DNA of 64,000 nucleotides from an uncultured delta proteobacterium (GTDB lineage Bacteria; Myxococcota; Myxococcia; SLRQ01). This document shows, piece by piece, positions 11,158-23,427 of the stretch. Numbering within the stretch: the first letter of the stretch is position 1; each line of letters begins with the position of its first letter. A model generated the notes under the pieces. That model worked only from the letters and a program-made list of their open reading frames with translations. It had not been told where the DNA came from and searched no databases. A program made the translations under genes and the position numbers. The stretch covers positions 640,001 to 704,000 of the forward strand of contig CAVSGM010000002.1 in NCBI GenBank assembly GCA_963727485.1, given 5' to 3'.

Positions 11158-12519
11158 ATGCAGCCACGCTACGATCTCGTCGTCCTCGGCTCTGGAAACG
11201 CCGGCCAGAGCGCCGCCGGCCTCGCCCGGAAGGCCGGGTGGTCGGTCCTGGTGGTCGACGACCGCCCCGTCGGAGGCACCTGCGCCCAGCGCGGGTGCGT
11301 GCCCAAGAAGGTCCTGGTGGCCGCCACCGAGACCCTCGACGCCATCGGCCGCGCCGGCCGCCAGTCCATCGAGGTGGGCGAGGCGCGCATCGACTGGCCG
11401 GCCCTCGTCGACCGGGAGCGGGGCTTCGTCGAGGGCACCCCCGACGCGGTGACCGGGTGGCTCGAGGGCCTGGGGATCGACGTGGCCCGGGGCCAGGCCC
11501 GTTTCACCGGCCCCACCCGCCTCGAGGTCGGCGGTGAGGCCGTCGACGCCGGCCGGGTCCTCATCGCGACCGGCTCCACCCCGAGGCCCCTGCCCTTCGA
11601 GGGCGCGGACCAACTGGTCACCAGCGACGACCTCCTGCGGATGCGCGAGCTGCCGGCGTCCATCGTCTTCGTCGGCGCCGGGGTGGTCTCCCTGGAGCTC
11701 GGCCACGTCCTCGCCCGGGCCGGCAGCCGGGTGACCCTGCTCGAGGCCCTCGACCGGCCGCTGCCGGGGCGGGAAGAGGCGCTCGTCGACGGGCTCCTCG
11801 ACGCCACCCGAGCCCTGGGCGTCGAGGTGCGCACGGGGATCCAGGTGGAGGCGGTGCGTCCCGCCGGGGGGGGCTTCGAGATCCGCTACCGCGACCGCGA
11901 CGGCGACGAGGGGAGGACCCTCACCGCGGACCGGGTGGCCCACGGCGCCGGGCGGGTGGCGGCCCTCGACGCCCTCGACCTCGCCGCCGCCGGCGTCGAC
12001 CGGGACCCCAAGGGCCGGCTTCAGCTCACCGCTCACCTCCAGAGCCGCTCCAACGAGGCGGTGTGGGCCGCCGGCGACGCGGTCCCCGGGAGCCCCCAGC
12101 TCTCGCCGGTGGCCACCTACGAGGGCCGCATCGCCGGGGAGAACCTGGTGAAGGGCACCCGGCGCGTCCCCGAGTACCGGACCGTGCCCAGCGCCGTGTT
12201 CACCGTCCCCACCCTGGCGATGGTCGGGGAGACCGAGGCCGCCGCCCGGGACCGGGGCGCCGAGGTGGAGGTGAAGGAGGCGGACATGGCCGGGTGGATC
12301 TCCGGTCGGACCCACGCCGAGGACGTGGCCCTCGCCAAGGTCGTGGTCGATGCCGGGAGCCGGCAGGTCCTGGGGGCCCACCTCCTGGGGCACGGCGCCC
12401 CGGAGGTGATCCACGCCTTCACCTTCGCCATGCGCTACCAGGTGCCGGTGGACGAGCTGGCCGACGGGGTCTACGTCTATCCCACCTTCCACGCCGACCT
12501 CCGCAGCGTCCTCGGGTAG
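11158..12519 (+). CDS. Pyridine nucleotide-disulfide oxidoreductase (glutathione reductase/MerA-like class I)
   Basis: GGAGG RBS. GSGNAG FAD motif, GGTCAQRGCVPKK redox disulfide, IATGS, WAAGD, C-terminal YPT. Confidence 0.9.
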   Translation: MQPRYDLVVLGSGNAGQSAAGLARKAGWSVLVVDDRPVGGTCAQRGCVPKKVLVAATETLDAIGRAGRQSIEVGEARIDWPALVDRERGFVEGTPDAVTGWLEGLGIDVARGQARFTGPTRLEVGGEAVDAGRVLIATGSTPRPLPFEGADQLVTSDDLLRMRELPASIVFVGAGVVSLELGHVLARAGSRVTLLEALDRPLPGREEALVDGLLDATRALGVEVRTGIQVEAVRPAGGGFEIRYRDRDGDEGRTLTADRVAHGAGRVAALDALDLAAAGVDRDPKGRLQLTAHLQSRSNEAVWAAGDAVPGSPQLSPVATYEGRIAGENLVKGTRRVPEYRTVPSAVFTVPTLAMVGETEAAARDRGAEVEVKEADMAGWISGRTHAEDVALAKVVVDAGSRQVLGAHLLGHGAPEVIHAFTFAMRYQVPVDELADGVYVYPTFHADLRSVLG

Positions 12520-12562
12520 AGCCCATCCCCCGAACTGGGGAGGGGAAATCCGACCGCGGTCG

Positions 12563-12607
12563 TTGACACGGCAATGTTGCCGGACCTAATAGTTGCATCT
12601 CGCAACT
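12563..12607 (+). promoter_or_regulatory. Sigma70-type promoter of the marR-efflux operon overlapped by two inverted repeats (putative MarR operators)
   Basis: TTGACA at 12563-12568 and a weak -10 (CCTAAT/TAATAG) at about 12585-12592. Palindromes CGGCAA-TG-TTGCCG (12569-12582) and AGTTGC-N5-GCAACT (12591-12607). Confidence 0.7.
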
Positions 12608-12625
12608 TTCTTGGGTCGCGACCAC

Positions 12626-13114
12626 ATGGCCACACACGCCCGCGTCACCGACCAGGTCGAGCAGCTCCGGCAGATCATCCTCCGGGTGGGACGGATCCGC
12701 TCGCTCCGGGACCCGCTCGGGACCCTCGTCGAGGACCTGAGTGACATCAGCCCGCCGCAGCTCCACGCGGTGATGTGGCTGGGCAACGAGGGGGAGCTCC
12801 CGATGGGCGTGCTGGCCCAGCGCATCGGCGCCACCCTCCCCGCCTGCACCCGGATCGTGGACCGGCTCAAGAGCGCGGGCTATCTCCTCCGCGAGCGGGA
12901 CACCCACGATCGCCGGGTGGTCCGCGTTCGGCTCTCCGCCAAGGGCACCCGCCTCCACGAACGCTTCGAAACCGACTTCCGCGAGCAGCTCGGCTTCGTC
13001 CTCGGGGCCCTCTCCGACGACGACCGCACCTCGCTGCTCGCCATCCTCGAACGTCTCGCCGCCACCCTCTCCGCCTGGGCCGAGGCCCGGGAGGACCACG
13101 AGAGGTCGACATGA
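12626..13114 (+). CDS. MarR-family transcriptional regulator
   Basis: ISPPQ...L..., TRIVDRL...GYL.R.RD..DRRVV.V.LS.KG winged-helix signature. Stop overlaps the next start (ATGA). Confidence 0.9.
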   Translation: MATHARVTDQVEQLRQIILRVGRIRSLRDPLGTLVEDLSDISPPQLHAVMWLGNEGELPMGVLAQRIGATLPACTRIVDRLKSAGYLLRERDTHDRRVVRVRLSAKGTRLHERFETDFREQLGFVLGALSDDDRTSLLAILERLAATLSAWAEAREDHERST

Positions 13115-14235
13115 CCCGCCACCAGAGCATCTCCATCGCCATCCTCACCCTCGGCCTCGCCCTCGGGCTCGCCGCCTGCAACAAGACCAAGGTCAAGTCC
13201 GGTGACGACGCCCTGCCCATCCGCGCCGTCGAGGTCACCAAGGTCGGCACCCACGACCTGGTCCACAAGGTCGAGGTCCTCGGCGAGCTCGAGGGCATCA
13301 GCGAGATCCGGGTCTTCGCCCAGGTCCCCGAGCGCATCCGGGCCATCGCGGTGAAGCAGGGGCAGCAGGTGAAGGCCGGCCAGCTCATCGCCGTGCTCCG
13401 GGGCGAGCTCCAGAGCGAGGCGGTGACCCAGGCCGAGGCCGGCCTCGAGGCGGCCAACGCCAACGCCGACGCCCTCCGGGACCAGCTCACCCGGGTCAAG
13501 GCCCTGGTGAAGGCGGGCACCGCCAGCCGCTCCCAGCTCGACTCCCTCCAGGCGCAGCTCAACGCCGCCGAGGCCCAGGTGAGACAGGTCACCGCCAGCC
13601 TCTCCCAGGCGTCGACCCAGAAGAGCCGGACCCTGATCCGCGCCCCCATCGCCGGGGTGGTGGCCGAGCTCCGGGTCCACCAGGGCGACATGGCGGCGCC
13701 CCAGGTGCCCCTGTGCACCATCGTCCGGTCCGATGAGCTCAAGGCGGTGCTCCGGGTCCCCGAGCGGGAGTTCCTCAAGGTGAAGGAGGGCATGCCCGCG
13801 GTGCTCTCGCCGCTCGCCGATCCTTCGGTGACGGTGGACGCCCAGGTCACCCTCAAGGGCCCGGTGGTCGACCGGATGAGCCGGACCGGCGACGTGGAGA
13901 TCCACCTCGACAACAAGGACGGCAAGCTGGTCGCCGGCAGCGCGGTGCGGGTGGACATCGAGCTCTCGCGCAAGAAGGACGTGGTGATGGTGCCGGCCTC
14001 GGCCCTGATCTTCACCCCCGAGACCTCGACCACCGGCAAGGCCCTGGCCTTCGTCGTCGACCCCCAGGCCAAGATCGCCCACCGCCGCGACGTCATCATC
14101 GGCGACCGGCAGCGCAGCCTCATCGAGATCAAGCAGGGCCTCAAGCCCGGCGACGAGCTGGTGACCCTCGGGGCCCAGCTCCTCCGGGACAAGAACCCGG
14201 TGAAGATCGTCTCCAACGACGTGGCGGGGAGCTGA
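13111..14235 (+). CDS. RND efflux periplasmic adaptor (membrane fusion protein), lipoprotein
   Basis: Lipobox LAAC. V..GQ.VKAGQLIA, coiled-coil hairpin, IRAPIAGVV, GLKPGDELV. Confidence 0.92.
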   Translation: MTRHQSISIAILTLGLALGLAACNKTKVKSGDDALPIRAVEVTKVGTHDLVHKVEVLGELEGISEIRVFAQVPERIRAIAVKQGQQVKAGQLIAVLRGELQSEAVTQAEAGLEAANANADALRDQLTRVKALVKAGTASRSQLDSLQAQLNAAEAQVRQVTASLSQASTQKSRTLIRAPIAGVVAELRVHQGDMAAPQVPLCTIVRSDELKAVLRVPEREFLKVKEGMPAVLSPLADPSVTVDAQVTLKGPVVDRMSRTGDVEIHLDNKDGKLVAGSAVRVDIELSRKKDVVMVPASALIFTPETSTTGKALAFVVDPQAKIAHRRDVIIGDRQRSLIEIKQGLKPGDELVTLGAQLLRDKNPVKIVSNDVAGS

Positions 14236-14237
14236 CC

Positions 14238-17357
<3,120 letters not shown>

Positions 17358-17400
17358 CCTGCCACCCCACGTTCCTCCTCGACGTCTCGGAGTCCTCCCG

Positions 17401-18923
17401 ATGCGACGCGCGCTTCTCACCCTCCTCGCGGTCCCGCTCCTCGCCCTCAACCTCCCCGCCCTGGCCCAGAGCGCCGACACCAGCGCCACCGACGACGGCG
17501 CCGGCCACCCGGTGCTCACCCTCCAGCAGGTGGTGCAGGCGGTGAAGGACAACAACCCGGACCTCGCCGCCGCCCGGGCGCGCCTGCTCGCCGCGGCCAC
17601 CGGGGTGCAGCAGGCGTGGTCCAGCTACCTGCCCCAGGCGAGCATCGGCGCCACCTATACCCACAACAGCGTCGAGGCGAAGCTCGCCTTCCCCAACTTC
17701 TCCAAGGGCTTCATCTTCGACCCGGGCCGCCCCCGACGGCGACCCCCAAGGAGATCGACCAGATCACGGTCCAGGCCCAGAACCAGTTCGGGGCCCGGGC
17801 GCAGATCCAGCAGCCGATCTTCGCCGCGCCGGCGATCCCGGCGATCATGGCCTCGTACAAGGCCCGGGAGATCGCGACCCTCTCCGAGAAGGAGGTCGAG
17901 CGGGCGCTGCTCTTCGGCTCCGCCGAGGCCTACTACGGGGCCGCCGGGCTCCGCGAGGCCCTCAAGCTCAACAAGCAGCAGCTCACCCTGCTCCGGGAGC
18001 ACCTGCGCACGGCCCAGGCGGCGCTGGCGGCGGGGTCGGTCCCCGAGCTGGCGGTGCTCCGGGCGAAGATCGACGTGAGCCGCGCCGAGCAGGACGTGCT
18101 CCGGGCCACCAACGCCTACGCCACGGCGCGCGGCGCCCTGGCCACGCTCATGGGCCGCCCCGACATCGACTTCAACGTGGCGCCCTTCGTGGAGCCCAAG
18201 GCCGCGGCCGCGGCACCGGGCGAGGTGCCCGGCCTGGTGAAGGACGCCCTGGGGACCCGCCCGGACTACGAGGCGGCCCAGCTCGGCGTGGACGCGGCGT
18301 CGCTGGGCAAGAAGGCCATCTGGGGCCAGTTCCTGCCGATCATCGGCGTCGGCTTCAACTACGACTACGCCAACATCAAGGGCTTCACCGGGAAGAACGG
18401 CTCCTGGGCCCTGATGCTCACCGCCTCCATCCCCATCTTCGAGGGCGGGCTGCGCTTCGCCAAGCTCCAGGAGGCCGACGCCCAGATCACCGAGGCCCAG
18501 GCCCACGTGCGCTCCCTCCAGCACCAGATCCGCCAGGAGGTCCGCCAGAACGCCCTGGACATGGCCTCGGCCCAGGCCTCGCTCCAGAAGGCCGACGAGC
18601 AGGTGCGCCTGGCCAACGCCAACTGGAAGGCCGTCGAGCAGTCGTTCAAGGTCGGGGCGAGCTCGGCCATCGACGTCACCGACGCGGCGAACGCGCTCCA
18701 GTCCGCGGAGCTCGGGCGGGTGGCCGAGGCGATCCAGCTCCAGGTGGCCCACCTGAAGCTGCGCAAGGCCCTCGGCGACGGGACGCCGCTGGCGCACCTG
18801 GCGCTGCCCACCACCCCGGTGGAGGCGCCGCCGATGCCGAAGATGCCCGAGCCGGCGCCGGCGCCGGCGCCGGAGAACGCGCCCCAGGCGGCCCCTGCAC
18901 CTGCACCCACGAACGGCAAGTAG
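17401..18923 (+). CDS. TolC-family outer membrane efflux protein (one frameshift near 17721, short C run)
   Basis: Signal peptide, then LTLQQVV.....NNPDL in one frame. Rest of the TolC fold (YY, A...RPD, IPIFEGG, G....IDV.DA) is in another frame. Pro/Ala tail. Confidence 0.88.
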
Positions 18924-19055
18924 GTCGCCGGACGGTGGGGGCGGACAGGGGGCGTTCGGCGCGCCCGTTTGATCCGGCGCCTTTGAGACACGCCCCCACA
19001 GGCCCCGTCCCACTCGGCGCCTGAACCCTTCCGACGAGCACCCGGGACGGGTCCC

Positions 19056-20072
19056 CTACCCGTCCGCGGGCTCCGGATTCCGACCCGCCGCCCAACCCCA
19101 GCCCCTCCAGGAACCCGAACGTCTCCTGCCAGGCAGCCTTGGCCTGCGCCCGCCAGTAGAACGCATGGAAGGCGTGGAGCTCGCCGGGATAGACCTGGAG
19201 GGACACGGGCACGCCGCGGCGCTCGAGGGCCCGGCCCAGGCGCCTGGTGTCGTCGAGGAGCGGATCCCGGGTGCCGGCGAAGGCGAAGAACGGCGGCAGG
19301 GGCCGCACCGGCTCGACGTCCGACTCGAGGATGCACAGGGGGTCGGCGAGGGCTCGGCGGGCACGGCGGGATCGGCGCCGCCGAGGTAGGCGCCGGCGAC
19401 CTCGTCGAGGCGGTCCTGGACGAAGGGCGGCAGGCGCCGGCGCCGGGAGAAGCGCCCGGGGTCGGTGACCTGGAGGACCCCGCAGGCGGGGATCACGGCC
19501 CTCGGCGCCGGGAGCTCGCGCAGCGGCCGCGCGTAGGGCTCGGGGCGGTCGAAGCAGGCGGCGACGGTCAGCGCGGTGACCAGGTTGGCGCCGGCGCTCT
19601 CCCCGGCGAGGACCAGGCGCGCGGGGTCGCCGCCGTAGCGCGCCGCGGCCCCGGCGACGAAGGCGTAGGCGGCGGCGGCGTCTTCCAGAGCCGCGGGGAA
19701 CGGGTGCTCGGGGGCCAGGCGGTAGTTGGCGTTGAACACCAGGTAGCCGCGCCGGGCGAAGGCCAGGCCCATGAGCCAGTGGCTGTCCTTGGAGAGGATC
19801 CGGAAGCCCCCGCCGTGGAGGTAGAGGACCACCGGCCAGGGGGGATCGCCGGCGGGGCGGTAGACGTCGAGGCGGTGGGCCCGATCCCCCGCTGGGAGGT
19901 ACGGCACGTCCCGGAGGATCTCGACGCCATGTCGCGCCGGGCGCGCCCGGGGGTGGAGGCGCCCGGCCCGGGAGAGCAGGCGGAAGGCGTTGTCCACGGC
20001 GAGGGCGCCGGCGCGCTGGCGGGCGCGGCGGGTGAGGGCCGCGAGGTCCGGGGGTTCGAACGGTAGAGGCAT
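19056..20072 (-). CDS. Alpha/beta hydrolase, HSL-like esterase (two compensating frameshifts, near 19352 and near 19078)
   Basis: HGGGF oxyanion motif, NYRLAPEHPFP, GESAG nucleophile. GTRDPLLD and HAF catalytic motifs lie in a shifted frame. Correcting both indels ends the protein at GSDPEPADG-TAG (19056). Confidence 0.85.
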   Translation of the reverse strand: MPLPFEPPDLAALTRRARQRAGALAVDNAFRLLSRAGRLHPRARPARHGVEILRDVPYLPAGDRAHRLDVYRPAGDPPWPVVLYLHGGGFRILSKDSHWLMGLAFARRGYLVFNANYRLAPEHPFPAALEDAAAAYAFVAGAAARYGGDPARLVLAGESAGANLVTALTVAACFDRPEPYARPLRELPAPRAVIPACGVLQVTDPGRFSRRRRLPPFVQDRLDEVAGAYLGGADPAVPAEPSPTPCASSSRTSSRCGPCRRSSPSPAPGIRSSTTPGAWAGPSSAAACPCPSRSIPASSTPSMRSTGGRRPRLPGRRRSGSWRGWGWAAGRNPEPADG

Positions 20073-20141
20073 CGGCTCCAGTGTAGCGCCCGCCGGGCCT
20101 CGGGGTTGTCACGGGCCGACGCAGGGACTACACCCGCGCCC

Positions 20142-21083
20142 ATGGCGCACCCGACCTTCCTGCTCTCCCATCCTGGTCCCGACTGGCAGATCCGCGGCGC
20201 GGTGAACTTCCGCTCCGCCGACCGGCGCCCCACCAACCCCCGCGACGCCCTGCGCGAGTGGATCCGCCTCGCCGACGCCATCACCGAGCTCGGTGGCGAG
20301 GTGGTGGTGATGCCGCCCCAGCGGGTGGACCCGCCCCTGACGGGCCTCATCTACGCCGCCAACCACGGCGCCCTCTACACCGGCACCGGCGAGGACCGCT
20401 TCGTGGTGGCGAAGATGCACGTGGCGCACCGCCGGGCCGAGGCCGACCCCATCGCCCAGTTCGTGAAGCAGGAGATGGGCCTCACCGTCGAGCACGCCGA
20501 GCACACCTGGGAGGGTCAGGCGGACATCTGCACCCTCTCGCCGACCCACCTCATCCTCACCTTCGGGGTGCGCACGGTGCGCGAGGCCTGCGACGACGTC
20601 CGCGCCCGGCTCCCCCAGGGCGTGGCCACCCTCGACGCCAAGCTCCGCGACCCCTGGTTCCACGGCGACACCTGCCTCTCGCCGCTGGTCGCCGGCGACG
20701 GCCACGGGGTGCTCCTCGCCTTCCCCGGGGCCCTGGTGGACCGGAGCCTCGCGGACCTCTCGGCCTTCGCCCCCGACGAGGAGGTGGTGCCCATCACCGA
20801 GGCCGACGCCCTGGCCTACGCCTGCAACGCCCTGCAGGTGAACGACACGGTGCTGGTGCCAAAGGGCGTGAGCGACACCCTGATGGCCCAGCTCGAGGAC
20901 CGGGGGATGAAGGTCGAGGTCCTCGGCTTCGACGAGCTCTTCGGCAAGGGCGGCGGCGGGCCCCGGTGCCTGGTCAACGTGCTCCGGGGCCTGGACCCGG
21001 CGACGCTGCCGAGCGACGTGAGGTTCGGCCACCAGCGCGAGGCGATCCTGGAGCTGGCCGAGTCGTACCCCGCGTCGATCTAG
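20142..21083 (+). CDS. Amidinotransferase/pentein superfamily protein (DDAH/arginine deiminase-related)
   Basis: AANHG, R..E, WEGQAD, FHGDTC, YACN and C-terminal KGGGGPRC with the catalytic Cys. Confidence 0.85.
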   Translation: MAHPTFLLSHPGPDWQIRGAVNFRSADRRPTNPRDALREWIRLADAITELGGEVVVMPPQRVDPPLTGLIYAANHGALYTGTGEDRFVVAKMHVAHRRAEADPIAQFVKQEMGLTVEHAEHTWEGQADICTLSPTHLILTFGVRTVREACDDVRARLPQGVATLDAKLRDPWFHGDTCLSPLVAGDGHGVLLAFPGALVDRSLADLSAFAPDEEVVPITEADALAYACNALQVNDTVLVPKGVSDTLMAQLEDRGMKVEVLGFDELFGKGGGGPRCLVNVLRGLDPATLPSDVRFGHQREAILELAESYPASI

Positions 21084-21095
21084 CCTCGAGGCCGG

Positions 21096-21512
21096 TCAGC
21101 CGCCGCAGATGGCAGGACCGCCCACCTTGGCGGCATAGGCGTTGGCCGCCGCGGCCTGGGCAGCGGACGCCGCGCGGAAGGCGTCGCCGGTGCACTCCGA
21201 CTTGCATGCGCCGTTGAAGACGCTGGAGGTGAGCTGGGCGTCGCAGCTGGCTCTCGGCACGTCGGTGAACACGCAGTCCAAGCAGGCGTAGATCGTCTGC
21301 CGCTGGGTGTCGGTGACCGCGTCCATCCCCGCCTGGCAGCCTGCCCGGCACCGCTGCACCGCCTGGCTGTAGCTCACCTGGAGCTGGCAGTCGTTGGCAT
21401 CGGAGCACGTGTAGATCCGTTCGCAGTAGTTGGTGCACAGGTCTCCGCGGCAGCCGCAGAGCACCATCACCAGGAGCGGCAGGACACTGACAGTGGCTCG
21501 AGTCACCTCCAT
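21096..21512 (-). CDS. Small Cys-rich putative lipoprotein
   Basis: Lipobox-like VLCGC followed by several CxxxC/CxxC pairs in 138 aa. Confidence 0.6.
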   Translation of the reverse strand: MEVTRATVSVLPLLVMVLCGCRGDLCTNYCERIYTCSDANDCQLQVSYSQAVQRCRAGCQAGMDAVTDTQRQTIYACLDCVFTDVPRASCDAQLTSSVFNGACKSECTGDAFRAASAAQAAAANAYAAKVGGPAICGG

Positions 21513-21540
21513 CAGGGTAACCTACCCTGGGAGGACTTTC

Positions 21541-23427
21541 ATGCCGGGACGCCGTCTGCTCGCTGCGTCTGTGGGGGCCGTGGTGCTGGCGGTCGCCCAC
21601 CTCGCGGTCGCCCGCCAGCCGTGCTCACCGAAGTGGCGGGACGCCAAGGGGCGCTGCCTCACCCGCCACAGCCGGGGCACCCTGACGGTGGGCTCCAACC
21701 TCCCGGGAGCGCGCGTCCAGGTCGCCGGGCACCAACGCGGGCGGACCCCGGTCACCCTGCGGCTCCGGCCGGGGGTGTATCTCGTCACCGTAAGCGCCAA
21801 GGATCGAACGGCCGAGCGGCGCCTGGTGACCGTCATGCCCGGCAGCCGGCAGACCGTGACCATCCCGGTCTGCAGCGACGGCCGCCACGCCGTGGGACCG
21901 GCCTGCTGCTACGCGGGACAGGGATGGAACGGGCGCGTGTGCACCGGCACCCCGGCCTACTGCCCGGGCGGCTGGGTGCGCGAGCAGGGTACCTGCCGGC
22001 TGCCCGCCTGCACCAACGGGCGGAAGCGGATGGCGGACGGGGCCCACTGCTGCTGGCCCGGCCAGCGATGGAGCGCGGACCTCCTCAGCTGCGTCGGCCG
22101 GCCCCGGTGCCCCAAGGGTTGGGTGGCTCACACCCTCGGCTGCGTCCCGGGCCCCACCCTCACCGACGCCGACCATGACGGGGTGTCCGACGCCGATGAT
22201 GCCTGCCCCCACGATCCCGAGGACCACGACGGCTACCGCGACGAGGACGGGTGCCCCGACCCCGACAACGACGGCGACGGGATCCCCGACGTGCGGGATC
22301 GCTGCCCGAACCGCGCCGAGGACCCGGACGGCTTCCAGGACCAGGATGGCTGCCCCAATCCCGACAACGACGGGGACGGGATCCCCGACATCGATGACAA
22401 GTGCCCCAACCGCCCCGAGGACCACGACGGCTTCCAGGACCAGGATGGCTGCCCCGACCCCGACAACGACGGCGACGGGATCCCCGACATCAAGGACCAG
22501 TGCCCCAACCAGCCCGAGACCGACAACGGATTCCAGGACGCCGATGGCTGCCGGGACACGATCCCCGCCATCTCCGAGTGGCGGGGCAGCGTGGTGCCCC
22601 ACGCCTACCCGCGAGAGGTGGGCGTGCAGATCGGGGGCGACGGCAAGCACACGCCGCCGGTCGCCCTGGTCCACGGCATCCGGGTCCAGTGGGTCTACGG
22701 CTTGGAGGTCATCGGCGAGGTGGCCACCAACTGGAGCCCCTGGTGGCAGGTGTCGCCGGCGGTGTGGATCGGCGCGGCCCCCTACGCCCGCGGCGTCTGG
22801 CTCGGTCGCTACGGCGATCTCGGCCTCGTCTACCTCCAGCCCACCGTGCACGTGGGCCTGCGGGGCGTCGCGGGCCTGAAGCCCGTCGTCGCCGTGGGGA
22901 ACCGCTTAGAGCTTCGGATCCACGGCGACACACTCCGCTTCGACCTCTCGGTGCCCCTCTACGGGTGGGACGGCGGAGGCCCCTCGGTGGCCCTGGAGGC
23001 CAATCTGCCCTCGGCGCTACCGACCAAGCAGCTGGGCGGGTTCGCGCTCTTCTCCGCCGTGGAGGTGTCCGGGATCGGCAACGCCGGGACGCCGGTCCTG
23101 GGCACCGAGGTCCTCGCCGACTACCAGGGGTTCGAGGGGGGCCTCGAGGTCGCCTTCTCCGACGCGACGGGCTTCGGTGTCGTCGCCGGCGTCCAACCGG
23201 TGCGGTGGGGGCCCACCCGCTCGGTCACCCTCCTGGCGCCCTTCCTCGACGTGCGCGCCATCGTCGGCCAGGGCTTCGGGGCCGTCGTCGGGAACCGGAG
23301 CGCCTTCGCGGTCGGGCCCGGCATGGACCTGGGCATCGAGCTCACCTACGTGGTGGGCCCGCGCTACCAGACCACCGGTCCGCGCGTCGGCCTCTTCCTG
23401 GGCTACGGGTATGGAGGTGAGCCATGA
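21541..23427 (+). CDS. Secreted/outer-membrane protein: PEGA domain, Cys-rich region, thrombospondin type-3 repeats, C-terminal beta-strand-rich region
   Basis: GGAGG RBS and signal peptide. GTLTV.SN..GARV.V.G...GRTP..L.L.PG.Y.VTVS (PEGA). CCxxGQxW repeats. D.D.DG.PD..D.CP..PED.DG.QD.DGCP units. Ends in alternating-residue strands (VGLFLGYGY). Confidence 0.75.
   Translation: MPGRRLLAASVGAVVLAVAHLAVARQPCSPKWRDAKGRCLTRHSRGTLTVGSNLPGARVQVAGHQRGRTPVTLRLRPGVYLVTVSAKDRTAERRLVTVMPGSRQTVTIPVCSDGRHAVGPACCYAGQGWNGRVCTGTPAYCPGGWVREQGTCRLPACTNGRKRMADGAHCCWPGQRWSADLLSCVGRPRCPKGWVAHTLGCVPGPTLTDADHDGVSDADDACPHDPEDHDGYRDEDGCPDPDNDGDGIPDVRDRCPNRAEDPDGFQDQDGCPNPDNDGDGIPDIDDKCPNRPEDHDGFQDQDGCPDPDNDGDGIPDIKDQCPNQPETDNGFQDADGCRDTIPAISEWRGSVVPHAYPREVGVQIGGDGKHTPPVALVHGIRVQWVYGLEVIGEVATNWSPWWQVSPAVWIGAAPYARGVWLGRYGDLGLVYLQPTVHVGLRGVAGLKPVVAVGNRLELRIHGDTLRFDLSVPLYGWDGGGPSVALEANLPSALPTKQLGGFALFSAVEVSGIGNAGTPVLGTEVLADYQGFEGGLEVAFSDATGFGVVAGVQPVRWGPTRSVTLLAPFLDVRAIVGQGFGAVVGNRSAFAVGPGMDLGIELTYVVGPRYQTTGPRVGLFLGYGYGGEP
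22165..22560 (+). repeat. Four tandem ~99-bp (33-aa) TSP3-type Ca-binding repeats
   Basis: Repeated ...GACAACGACGG(C/G)GACGGGATCCCCGAC...TGCCC... units. Confidence 0.88.

Noticed and set aside
18924..19055. GC-rich intergenic stems here and at 7340-7440 as REP/MITE elements or sRNA
   Set aside because: Only loose similarity between the two regions, no clear terminal repeats or target duplications, and such stems are expected by chance at this GC.
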